Shown: positions 1 to 10,900 of the stretch, one piece after another
Layout of the letters: every line of letters begins with the position of its first letter
Numbering within the stretch: position 1 is the stretch's first letter
Source: Raillietiella orientalis
Lineage: Eukaryota
Assembly: GCA_036172245.1 (NCBI GenBank)
Contig: JAYWIR010000012.1
Span: forward strand, 3,658,001 to 3,722,000
DNA: 64,000 nt
Direction: 5' to 3'
The notes under the pieces: model-generated
Databases searched by the model: none
The model's input: the letters and a program-made list of their open reading frames with translations, nothing else
What the model was told of the DNA's origin: nothing
Position numbers and translations under genes: made by a program

Positions 1-1415
1 AGGAAAGTGAAACTCGTAGGAAGAAGCAAGCGATAAAATTCATTTTCTAGCCCAAGTTTTTCACCATTTTAATTACAATGATCAATAAGACAACAATCTT
101 TTTTTAAAAAAGGTCAATAATTTAATGAAATGGTGAGTGTGTTAAGAGAGGTGACGACAGGTAATACCAGTCACTGTAACAGAATGATATTTATTTTGCG
201 GAGTTTGGAATAACTGATCATTGTACGATACATGATTGATATGCTTGATGTTTGGCAGATGTGCGAAATTGTAATAATAATGTTAGATTTTAATTTAATT
301 TAGTTATGCGTGAGAAGTATGATTTCCATGTATGTATTATAAAAATTGATGCTTTTTGGCCATGTAATTGTGGCGATTTCGCAATTGTGCAAGACATAAT
401 TTTTCAGTGGTGAAAATTATTGCAATAAATTATGCGCAAAGTAGGAACAAAATCATGGAAAATCCTTGAATCCATAAATTTGATATTTACAAATGTTAAG
501 CATTCATTTATAGTTTCCAAGCTTACACATCTGAAAACAAGTATCCAAAAATACAGAACAAAAGGTGTACAATCAACATAAAACATTATTACCACAGAGA
601 TAATAGTAGTATATTGTAAGTCATCGATTTTATTATGTAATTTGGAATTACTTACGATTCATTAGTTGAGAGAAGCAATTTTTTTTTTTTTTTTTTTGCA
701 AATTTTAAAGTATGAGTATGTATATATTTATGCAGTCATAAATCCCCAAACAATAGGGAAAACAAGCTTACATCATCCTAGAATGCTATTTGTTATGAGG
801 ATTTTGTACAAAGGATTGCATTCCTTGAATTAGCATACTGAAAACAAAGCTAAATTATAGTGTCCACAATTACTGGAAAGTTTCTGATTGATTCTATCAA
901 GTAAAGACTGTATGTATAAGTTTCTGATGGTATATTTGGTATTAATAAATCCAATTTATGTTTAGATATACTGCTCAGAATTTGTGATTTACAAAGTTTG
1001 TTATCTACACCATATAAGTCCAATATCCTTTTGCGCAGTTATTCTTGAGATGAAAATCGGAGATGTAGGAATGGGTCAGGGAATAACTGGAGGTATTATA
1101 GGGTGTTTGGTCCGGTTGCTAGTCAGGTAAGAGATAGGAATGATGGTAATTTGATTTTACTTTGAAATAAGTAAACATAATTGTGTATAACAATTGAATT
1201 GCCACAATTGAATGTTGCCTTTGTGTATAGTGAGTCTCCAATTTGCAGCAGTGAGTTGTTGATGGTGGTTAAATATTTGATGTTACAATTTGCGGAGTTA
1301 CTTCCTTGAAATTCACATGATATCTTTAGATTATTATTTTTTTTTTTTTCTTTTTTCTTTTTTTAATAATGCTGAAACAGGATTGTTATTTGTTTCTAGT
1401 TTTATTGTTTTACAG

Positions 1416-1723
1416 ATAGGTGGAACAGCACAGCTGATGTTGACCAAAATGCTTTGCTGAAACCGTTTCATTGTTACAAGTGCCCAAAGTCTTATAAATT
1501 TAAATTTGATTTATATCGACATCTTCGTTATGAATGCGGAGTAGAGCCCAAGTTTTCATGTGATGTTTGTGGGACCAAATTCAGGCACAAGTTTCAGATC
1601 AAGTTGCATATTATGAAACACGCAACATGTGCACAAGAATATTTTCCCAAGGTCTGTTTATTGTTTCTGCATTTCACATTGATTTTTAGTGATTTTAATA
1701 GCATTAGATATTTTATAAAGTAA
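1416..1723 (+). CDS. lola: lola-type alternative 3' zinc-finger exon 1 (CCHC + C2H2)
   Basis: Acceptor tttattgttttacAG at 1414-1415, phase 1. Reads (D)RWNSTADVDQNALLKPFH-CYKC-x12-HLRYEC-GVEPKFS-CDVC-x12-HIMKH. HLRYECGVEPKF is the characteristic lola variable-exon signature. Stop at 1723, AATAAA at 1861. The gene name rests on the finger signature only. Confidence 0.85.
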
Positions 1724-2469
1724 AGGATATGTAGTCCTCTGGTCAGTTTAAATGAAACCAATTAAAGTGAGCCTTGTGCATCGTGCTACAATTAAATCAC
1801 AAACACTGTTAATGCATATTCTCAGTCAGATTTAATTTGCCTTTTGTAAGCTTGGTTTACAATAAATAATATAAATTCAATAAGATCTGTGAAGATGAAC
1901 ATGATGTTGGGTGTTGCTTTCAATACGTTGCCATTGTAGTCCGACATGTGTGATGTGTGATGTCTCTGTTAAGCCTATTGCTATGAAATTCGAATCCTAG
2001 AATGTCTACATTTGGTTTCTGCGTTGGTTTTTTGTGTGAAAGCATGATCCCCCCCCCCCCCCCCCGTAATCACTGTTTCAATACTACGTATTTTATGCAG
2101 AGCACCAAAATGATCTAAGCCATGGTATTGAAATAGTTTTGTGCCATTGTTCAAAGTAATGTTATTGCTTGGGATTTAATATTTGTAAATGCTACAGTAG
2201 AGTAATCTTTAGTTTGGCTTTACTTTGCTAATTGTGATTCTTCAGAGCCACTGTGTCAAATTTTTATGGAACTAGTCAATATTGAATACGATAATTTCAT
2301 TTGTAAACATTTTGTTATTAAAGAAGAGTGTGTTGACTTCCTGAGACGCACACAATATGCATACAATTAATGAGGAAGAAATAAGTGTAGAATGAATCGA
2401 TAAGCGATTGTTCACATTTAAGGAAATGAAACTTCATGGGGGAACAAGGACAAGGATTTTTCCGAGCAC

Positions 2470-3020
2470 TTAAAAAGTTTGTGCGTGTTTAATTTGGCAT
2501 CCATGCAGTGCAGTTGCTGATGTGGAGCTCTTTAAAAGTCATGAAACTTTTCGTCGCAGCGCATCCCTTTTCCCGTTTCCATAAGAACACACACGTTCCA
2601 AATGGAGGCTTGTTGCCGCTTGACGGTGTTGACCACCCGTCGTACTGCCAGGTCGTCCTGACGACCTGAGCAGTTTCTCGGTTAACGCTCGAGTTTCGAA
2701 AAAGGAAGTGTGTCCTGCATCCCACCGTAATGCTTCATTCGAGTTGCTGCAGGAATTCGATTTTCGGTTTGATTGCGTGCAGTTGTGTAGGAGCCTTTCA
2801 TAAACGAAGGTGTTACGCCCATGAGGTGTTCATAGAATTGGTCGGATTCTGCTGTGTGGATACTTCATCGCAACTTTTTGGGTTTCTCCGGTCCTCAGGG
2901 CTTTTGAGGAACGTCATCATCATCCATTGTCAGGATTTATTAGAATGCAGTGCCAGGCTCTTCGAGCATGGGTTCACAGTCTTGAAGTATTGTGTGCTTT
3001 TCCCTTTCTTTGCACGTTAA
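2470..3020 (-). mobile_element. possible highly decayed mariner/Tc1 transposase fragment
   Basis: One minus frame with scattered stops reads EPMLEEPGTAF**ILTMDD...GPEKPKKLR*S, loosely like the mariner FLxRIVTGDE...PKPKK segment. Weak similarity. Confidence 0.25.
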
Positions 3021-3642
3021 AAGCGAATTCCGTGATGCCGTATCGGCGGCCTCACGGAATGGCTTTGAAATCAAACGTGCTGCCGTTTGCTTTCGTTCTT
3101 ATTTTTCCTGTTTGCTGTCTTTTGATACTCATCCCCCCCCCTATTTCGAGTTCCCGAGTTCGTGACAACTTGGTTTTTTGAAAAGCCTCGGGTTTAGGGT
3201 TCTTCAACGGTACACAACTAGAATGGGAGAAAGAGAGACGACGACATGAAAGTTTTCGAAAGTCATGTTTCTTTCGTATGTCTGTCTCTGCTTCGTTCGG
3301 ATATCTGGGCTTTGTGTTGAACCATCCGACCAGCTTCTTTTTCTGGTGTTTTCTTGTTCAGAACGATCACAATTGTGTGTGTACACATGTGTACCATTTG
3401 CATTTCTCCACCAAATTGTCAAGTTGCGTAGAACTGTTTTCTTTCTTTGTGTGGAGTCATTTCAACATGTGAACTCGAGTTCTTTTTTCTTCACCCTTCG
3501 AGTCCTTAATTAATGGGAAAACGAGTAAAAAAAAATTTTTTTTCAAATCTTTCACGTTAATTACAGCGTATTGTTTTCAGTGACGTCCTTGCGGTTCTGT
3601 AGTAGTAATTCTCCCACAGATGGTAACTGATTGCTCTTACAG

Positions 3643-3810
3643 GTGGGGAATAATCCAGATCTTGGAAATCTTGACTTGTGAGATGTGACTTGTACTTGGA
3701 TGCCTTTATATCTAAAAGTTTTCATTCATCGGTAGTAGCTCAATTTTTGTGGGCATCATGTTAACTGGGAAAGAATATTTAGAGGAAACCACGAAATGTT
3801 ATTTCATGGT
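3643..3810 (+). pseudogene. probable decayed lola-type zinc-finger exon
   Basis: Acceptor gtaactgattgctcttacAG (3641-3642). The phase-1 frame has two early stops, then CDLY-LDAF-ISKS. After a frameshift it reads H..LNFCG and W-ERI-F-RGNHE-M-LF-H, which keeps C2H2 spacing. Confidence 0.4.
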
Positions 3811-5971
3811 TTGATTTTTGGATATCTGTATATATATGTTTTCCAATGTTTTCGAGTACACCAAACAGTTACGGCAATTGCCATTTTTCCTTTTAGATAA
3901 GCGTACTCAGTAATAGGACTGCACTCTTTCTTTATATCACCTTCAGTTGGCAAATTTCCTTTCCCTAAAATCAGTTTTGAACTTTTTGCTTTGATCTCAA
4001 TTGGTGTGTCATTCCAGCATTTTCGTCCGTCATTCGAATCCTTTTCCTTGTCATCCCAGTGCTCCTCCGACACTGGGATCCGCAGATTCCAGCTTCACGC
4101 TCTGGGATGAAAGTAACCCCCGGGATGAATTGCTAGCCAGTCGACACATAGTAATCACCGATTTCAAGCGATAGAAATCACTTGAAATCATTATTCTCCA
4201 TTTATCCATTCTCTGCTCTGTATTTACTGTTGGACGGATGAATATTCCGTGAACCTCCCCTGCGCAGCCAAGTTGTTCTTCCCCAAAATCATAGCGTAAA
4301 GTATTTACTAGTAGAACGTGCAGATAAGGCCTCTCGAGCTTTTGATTCCCTGTTGCAACTCTTTTCGATCTCCTGTTCTTCGGGTGCACCAATCGGATCC
4401 ATCACGATGAACTTTGAGTGTTTCCTGTGCCCGCGAGTACTGATTCCGTCCCCCGCCCACGAGCTCTACGAGTTGGTTTCGAAACGCAAGCGTATTCTGT
4501 GGAAGTTTGTCATCTGAAGACCTCCTCTTTCCACTTTCTTTCAGGTGTAAGTCGTCATCTTTCCTCTCCGACTTGGTGTTTGCTAACCGCGTGTGCGTCC
4601 CATCGGAAGTAGTGGTTGCCAAAGAAAACAAGAAAAAAAAAACAAGCAGCTTGCACTTTTGTGTGTGCAGGGTGCTGTTTTTTTTTTTTTTTTTTTTTTC
4701 CCGTTCTTTCCGGAATACTCGAAATCAAAAGACTATGAAGAATTCGTGCGTCGTCTGTATGTATGTGTCAAGTTCGATCTCAGCATCGTGATCGAGAAAA
4801 AAGCACCGAATCGGTTGTTGTGACGTGTTGAACTTTTTGCAGAATATTTGGATGTCTGTGCAGTTTTTTTCGGAAACAGAGCACGCGTTTTGAATGTGTT
4901 CGCGCGTCGGTTTCGATTTTCAGAAAGTCTCCTCGGTCTTTCCAGCTGGGAGCTTTTGAATAAGTGGATAGTCGCGGGAATAGCTGAGCAGGAACCTCGG
5001 GAACAAGTCGGTTCCTCCTTTTGTGCGTGCGGTCGAGGATGTCGGGAAACGGAGATGTAACCGTGGCAGAGCGTAGCGAGCTTCTCGCAGCAGCAGCGAA
5101 CGAAGAAAAGGATGTCCGCGAGACGTGGGCATCCCTCCTCCTCCCTTCATCCGAAAGGACCGGCTACAGGTCAAGAAAGTGGTCGTTGCTTCCCCTGCGG
5201 TTCATTCCAGTTTCGTACGCGTGCTCCGTTCCTCTTTTGGCATCCACCAAATCGCGCCGCGCCGCGGGGGGGGGGGGGGGATCGGTCTTGCATCGCGTTT
5301 TGTGCCATCTTCTTCGGTCCAGGTTCTCCCAGAAGGATTTTCCGGTGGACGCAGCGACTCGACGCACGCGAATTCGTGCATTCGAAACCAAAGAAAGAAT
5401 GGCATCCCGAAGAAGTGCGTGTTGCAAGATGCCTTGCCGAAACGTCGAAAAGCTATGATCTCACGAGACTGCGAGAGCGAAATTTGGAGAGGAGGAGGAT
5501 CGGACTCGTTTCTTTCTTTCTTTCTTTTTTTTTTTTTGGTTGAATGCGACGTGGTAGCAGCTGTTCAGTGCGGAAAGCACCGTTTGTTTGGAGTGGAAGA
5601 GCAAGAAGAATCTTTGCTTTTTGATTTGGTTGCTTGTCTTGTGGTATGAAGTGCATCAGGTTTATGTGCGTTCAGATGTCTCTCATGACGACAGTATTCA
5701 TCCTCACCGTTTCTGTCTCAACTCATAGTTCGGAGCCAAAAGGCCGGACCAAAAAAAAGTGGACACGAACGTAGTAAATAAAGAATTGGTAGTCGGAAGC
5801 GTTGGCAAAGCAAGTGAAGCAAAAATTCCTTTTGCAGTCATTACTTGACTCTTTCTGTTCAAACTTGTAATTACTATGAAAATAGATGTTTATGTTTATC
5901 GTTTGAATTGTTGTAATTGAATTGATTACTTGATGTGGATGAATCTGTGTGTAAAATCCAATCTTTTTCAG

Positions 5972-6174
5972 TCGAACCCGAAAGCGGGCCATTTGTGTGC
6001 CCAAGATGCAGCAAGTGTTATCAGACGAAAGGAGTTCTCATGAGACATCTCAAATTTTCCTGTGGTGTAAATCCTCAGTTCGAATGCAGTTTTTGTCAGA
6101 GACTATTTTCACTGAGTCATAATCTCAAGAGACACGTAAAGACATGTTTTCGAAAACCAAATTCAAGTATATGA
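5972..6174 (+). CDS. lola: lola-type alternative 3' zinc-finger exon 2 (CCHC + CCHC variant)
   Basis: Acceptor aatctttttcAG at 5970-5971, phase 1. Reads (V)EPESGPFV-CPRC-x12-HLKFSC-GVNPQFE-CSFC-x12-HVKTC. Stop at 6174, AATAAA at 6225 and 6250. Confidence 0.85.
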
Positions 6175-6869
6175 AACCATAATTAAACATCGTTTGACGG
6201 CTAAAATTTAGTCATAAATTTTGTAATAAACTTTTAGAAAATAGTATTTAATAAAATAAGAATCATTACATTTCTATTTGCAGCAGCATTCTGGTCTTGA
6301 AACGTCGTATGTATTTCACGATAAATGCTTCGGCAGTCAACGTATGTAGTAAAGATCTTGTTCTCAGTGTGGATGCAAAGTCGAGTCTGTTGGGGTCGTA
6401 AGAGTCTTGGAAGGTCACTTTCGTTTTCCCCGTCCTGAAATGCCGAGTGCTTCGAGACACTCTTTTAGGGAAAAAAAAAAAAATAGGATGCAAGTGTAGC
6501 TCTTTTTGTGTTCCGTTGTGTGTTGCGTTGTGCCATGCAGTGTTCCAACCACTGCGTTTCACTGCGAACTTTCACGAATGTTTTTTTTGAGTAGTAAGTA
6601 TTTTAAATGAATGGTGATGGAATTTCCATATCTACAATCCCAATTTTGCTTTGGCTCTGGGATTTGGATGTTTTTTTTTTTTTTTTTTTGCCCTGTTGCA
6701 GAGTACACAACTTTTGTGTTTTGTATGTGGGCAGGTGCACTTTTTCAAGATAATTAAGTGTTAGGTCAATTGGATTGCAATCGATGATGATAACCTTCCT
6801 CAAAAAGTGGTAGCTTTTTCGTGTTCAGTAAAATTCGTACACATTTTGCACTCCTAACCGTTCGGGACA

Positions 6870-7460
6870 CTCGTGCACCAATCCTCTGCAAATCTTCAAA
6901 TTTTGTCTGAAAGTCAAAAGTCGCCGTGCTCCCAGCGTCTTCTTAGGTTTCCTTCGATGGGGGTGGAATCATCTTTTGAAGGTTCCCTCCTTTTCGGTGT
7001 GTGTCACGGCATGGCATTTTCCCAGGCGTTTACGTCTGTCGAAAAGGCTTTCCTCGCCCTCGGACAGAGTTTCGGTCAGAGTTTCCTGATTTTCGTTTCT
7101 ATGCGCGTGGTTAGGAGGATCGGCTTCGGTTCAAGCTTCGTACAGCATCCGTCACCTGCATTGCAGATTGGTTTCCATGGCATTCAGTGTCTATGGTCTA
7201 TGGGTCCCCCGTTTGAAGAATTGTTACGCACATATGGCCATTTAATGGACTCTGGAAGAACCGTAAAAGTTCTTCGTGCAAGGTGCCCGTGGTGGTAGAG
7301 TTTGCGAAATGTGGTTTGGTTTTCGTTGCTATGGTCGACGGGAGTCTTGAAGACCAGCGTGAACACCTCTTTTCTCGTTTTGGCTTTCGTCAGTTTCAGG
7401 AAAAACTTTGCGATTTCAGAAACAGTTTTTCAGATTTTTTGCAAATTGTTGCATTCCAAT
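6870..7460 (-). mobile_element. possible decayed non-LTR retrotransposon RT N-terminal fragment
   Basis: A minus frame with stops contains AWENAMP*HTPKRREPSKDDSTPI, resembling the LINE WKxAxxxPIPKKGDPxxxxNYRPI motif. Confidence 0.3.
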
Positions 7461-7480
7461 GTACATTTATATGTGTCTAT

Positions 7481-7481
<1 letters not shown>

Positions 7482-7530
<49 letters not shown>
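7482..7530. repeat. (CA)n microsatellite
   Basis: Perfect CA run of about 24 units. Confidence 0.98.
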
Positions 7531-7533
<3 letters not shown>

Positions 7534-7761
7534 ATGAACATGCAAGTGTACATATGTGTTCTCTGGACTGTTTCGATCGATGTGAATTTGTCATTGATTG
7601 CTAAGCAAGTGTTGTTGCAGCTTGTGTGCATGCATGATTCGGAAAGACACAAATTCTCCTGATGTAAGGATTTTTTCAGTGGGATGGAGTGCTAATGCTT
7701 TTTGTATTTGAATGAAGTTGACCACTGTAGTACTTTGACAGTAACTGGATTTTCATTTCAG

Positions 7762-7967
7762 GGATCAGCAGATTTCCATGTTGTCTTTGTGAGCAGACTT
7801 TCGTCACTAAGAATGCATTGAAGTGGCATGTCAGATACGAGTGCAAGCAAAAAATTCTAAACTGTTCTTCATGTTGTGCTTCGTTTTCTCGTAAAGATAA
7901 TTTACTGCGTCACGTTAGAGAGAAACACAGCGTAAAGGATTCCCCCAAGAGAAGATCCAAATCATAA
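7762..7967 (+). CDS. lola: lola-type alternative 3' zinc-finger exon 3 (CCHC + C2H2), absent from the ORF track
   Basis: Acceptor gtaactggattttcatttcAG at 7760-7761, phase 1. Manual translation: (G)ISRFP-CCLC-EQTFVTKNALKW-HVRYEC-KQKILN-CSSC-CASFSRKDNLLR-HVREKH-SVKDSPKRRSKS*, with TAA at 7965-7967. Confidence 0.85.
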
Positions 7968-10900
7968 ACCTGCACCAATCAAAGAATGTTTTAAGAATTG
8001 ATCAGTTTAGTTTAGTTACAAAAATATCTGTGTATGTATGTATGTGATATTTTATTTATAAAAATATTTTTGAATTCGATGAAATTCAGCCAGTCATCTG
8101 TAAAGAAAATATATACTGCATCGTGTGGATGAAAACTTCATAGATCATTTTAAGCACATTTCGAAATTGATTGTGTAGGCATGTGATAAAGTAAAGTTGG
8201 CCTTACCCCCCTCCTCTCCTTTTTTTTTTTTTTTTTCTTTTTCTCCCTCCCCTAAAAAAAAAAAAAAAAAAAAAAAGAAAATTGCATGCGCATATCTTGT
8301 TTTGTTTTCGTTGGCCATTCGAAATGATGGGTGATGGTGGAGCGCTGTGCACAGCGTGTGCAGTTGAAAGGACGTGCCCATCACGTGTTTGTGAAAAGAA
8401 AATGGGGGAAAAACCAGGTTCCCAGTTTGACGCCGGTGTTTGGCGTGTTTGCAACGGGGGCGACTCCACTTTGAGGGTGGCTTAAACTCTGCCCAGCAGC
8501 AACTCTTGGCCCCTAGCCTGGGCGAATGGTCCGTTATGAAGCCCGCTGAAGGCCCACATCTCTTTTCGTCTTCTGCGTCGTCTTTGGCTGAAAGGCGCGC
8601 TTTTGCGTCACTTTCGTTTTCATCGCAAAGCAGCAGCGTTTTCGTTTCCGGCTGTTTTTTCTTTTCCCTGTGGCCGCGCGTAGAACGGGGGTGGGCGTCC
8701 CGGTAGAAGGGTGAGGGTCCACATTCGGTGGGAGAGGCTGTGCGTGTGGGGCAAAGGGCAGTCCCGGCGGTAGCGGAGCCAGTCCTCTTACACGAGTGGA
8801 CCGATTTCTGTTGTATCGCGCGGGCTCTGTAAATCTCGGCGGAGGTGAACGGTCGAAACGCGAAACCTCGCGAAACGTCCAAACTTTTTACTTTCAGGAG
8901 TTTCCGAAATTCCATCCCCACGATAATTCCTCGTGAAAGGAAGGATGGATGTGCTTTCTCCTCAGAAATAATTGATTTGCTTCCGGCAGAGTGATGATTC
9001 GCTCGGTGCCCAGCGTCGTCTCGTACGGATGAGGTGGTGGTGGAAAAAAAAAACCGCCGAAGCTGCCGGCTGGCTGGAACGAAGGAACTTCCCACCCCCC
9101 TCCCGAATTTGAGGAAAGTTCACGCAGTGGATCGGTTTTGTGCATTTCCTGGACGCCTTCTCTCCGATCCTCCCTTCAGGGGGTAAAACTCTTATTCGCG
9201 GAAACTCTTATTTGTTTTCTTTGTAATCCAAAAATAAATTCGAGTAGGAAAGGGGTTCTCCCATGAATCACCACCCCTCTCCCGAGACGCAAAGAGATAC
9301 TCGTATGAAATCCCGATTCCGACCGTCCGGGCTCACCTTCGTCCCGTTTGCACATAAATTACGGGCGCCTCCGGATCAGCTGATCCTGCTGAACGTCGAG
9401 GACGTCGTGGGCCCGTTCGTTTGTTCCGGGAACTCCTTCGGGTTCGAGTCGGGTGGATTTGCACCGAGCACGAGAAGCGCAAATCCCCTCTGCCGAGGTT
9501 CGCGCGTCTGTTTGCCGTGGTCCCCATTAGTGGTACTTGGTACGTGGCATCTGGGAAGCTTTTTTGAAACGAGCGGGATGCGTAATTATCGCATGGGTAT
9601 TTGCGTCCCCGTTCGCGTGTGTGTGTGTGTGTGTGTGTTCGTGAGTGGAGTGCGTGCGGCATTCTGGAAGCGTTGGCTCCGGTCGTTTCGGTGCTGTTGC
9701 CAGCCGCCCGAAGCGTCATTTCCGTTTCCTTTTTCGATGCAGGCAAAGCGTTTGGGTGTGCACCAAAGGAACCATCCCCGTGCTCGTTTGCTGGGCGTAA
9801 CAGCAACCGCCTTCTTACTTCGGAAGCTGGTGTCTTCTGTGGGTCGCCGGGAAGATTGGTGTCGAAGACGTATCCCTGGCCGAGCAAACGCGCAACGTGC
9901 GAATGTGTGCATTTTTTGAAGTCGTGTCCAACGCCCGGTGCGTCGGTCTTCAGCATGTTGGAAACGGTCGCCTTGCCCCACGGTGCGTTTGCCATGGGAA
10001 AGTCTTCTATGAGAGGGAAACGATCGGGGATTGCCTCCCCGCACGCACTTCATCGAGACCGCGTTAGTTTCGTCAACTCAAGACGCTTACGACGAATGTG
10101 ACCACCTGTTGTCGTTAAGGAAGAAGAGAGTAAATGGAAGTTGAGCAACAACGTTTCGCCATGCAGTTTTTACGTGTCTTCGACTCCTGGTAGACGCGTG
10201 AATGATCCCACGACGTAAGCAAGTGCCGAATCAAGTGTGGAACTGAGCCTCGGGGTAACTTTTCTTCCACGCAAACACGTTTGGCGACTCCGGCGTAAGC
10301 AGGTTTTCGTCGAATGCATCCGCAGTAGGTTGCCATAGCAGGTTTATCCTGTAACCCATGGCGTCGGTGTCGTCTTCGACGCCGGCTGCCAAGGCTGCGA
10401 AACGAACCGGGGTGCGTCCAATTGGGCAGCGTTCAGTGCGCGTGGCTCCAGTGGTTTGGGAACGCAAATTGCCCGCGATGTGGGGAAAACAAACAAACAA
10501 AAGGAAACATCTGGGCATCAGATATTTTATGTCAAGGCTCGGTTTGCTCCTCCTTTGTTCCCGTATTCTATGCTATTTCGTTTTTCTTTATGGGAGAAGT
10601 TCCAAAGTCGGTCCCGTTCCGAAGTGCGAAAAATTTGGGCAAGGAGCAAAATTATTATGTGTGTGTGTGTGTGTGTGTGTACGGATTGCCTTCGGGGTTG
10701 CGTTTGCGCAAGGATGAAAATCGACCGAAGATCAAGTTGCGTCTGCATGTTAGAGATGTTAGAAATCTTCCGTTTAGCGATGCTGATTGCTTCTGGACGG
10801 CCCGTTTTTATTTGCGAAGCCCTGTGTAGAAGTTGTTGTTCCCTGTGGGCTTCGTGTTTTGACCCCGCCTCGCGTTGTACGATAGGAAAAGACTTGCGGT

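Noticed and set aside
966..1050. Phase-1 AG followed by PYKSNILLRSYS*, like a decayed finger
   Set aside because: Both Cys positions are lost and no second finger is visible, so it cannot be distinguished from chance.
3804..4631. Chain of minus-strand ORFs
   Set aside because: No recognisable motif or splice structure; probably eroded repeat DNA.
8145..9095. 316-aa minus-strand ORF with faint mariner-like words (QPETK, KARLSA)
   Set aside because: It crosses A/T homopolymers, and the similarity is too weak to call either a gene or a transposase.
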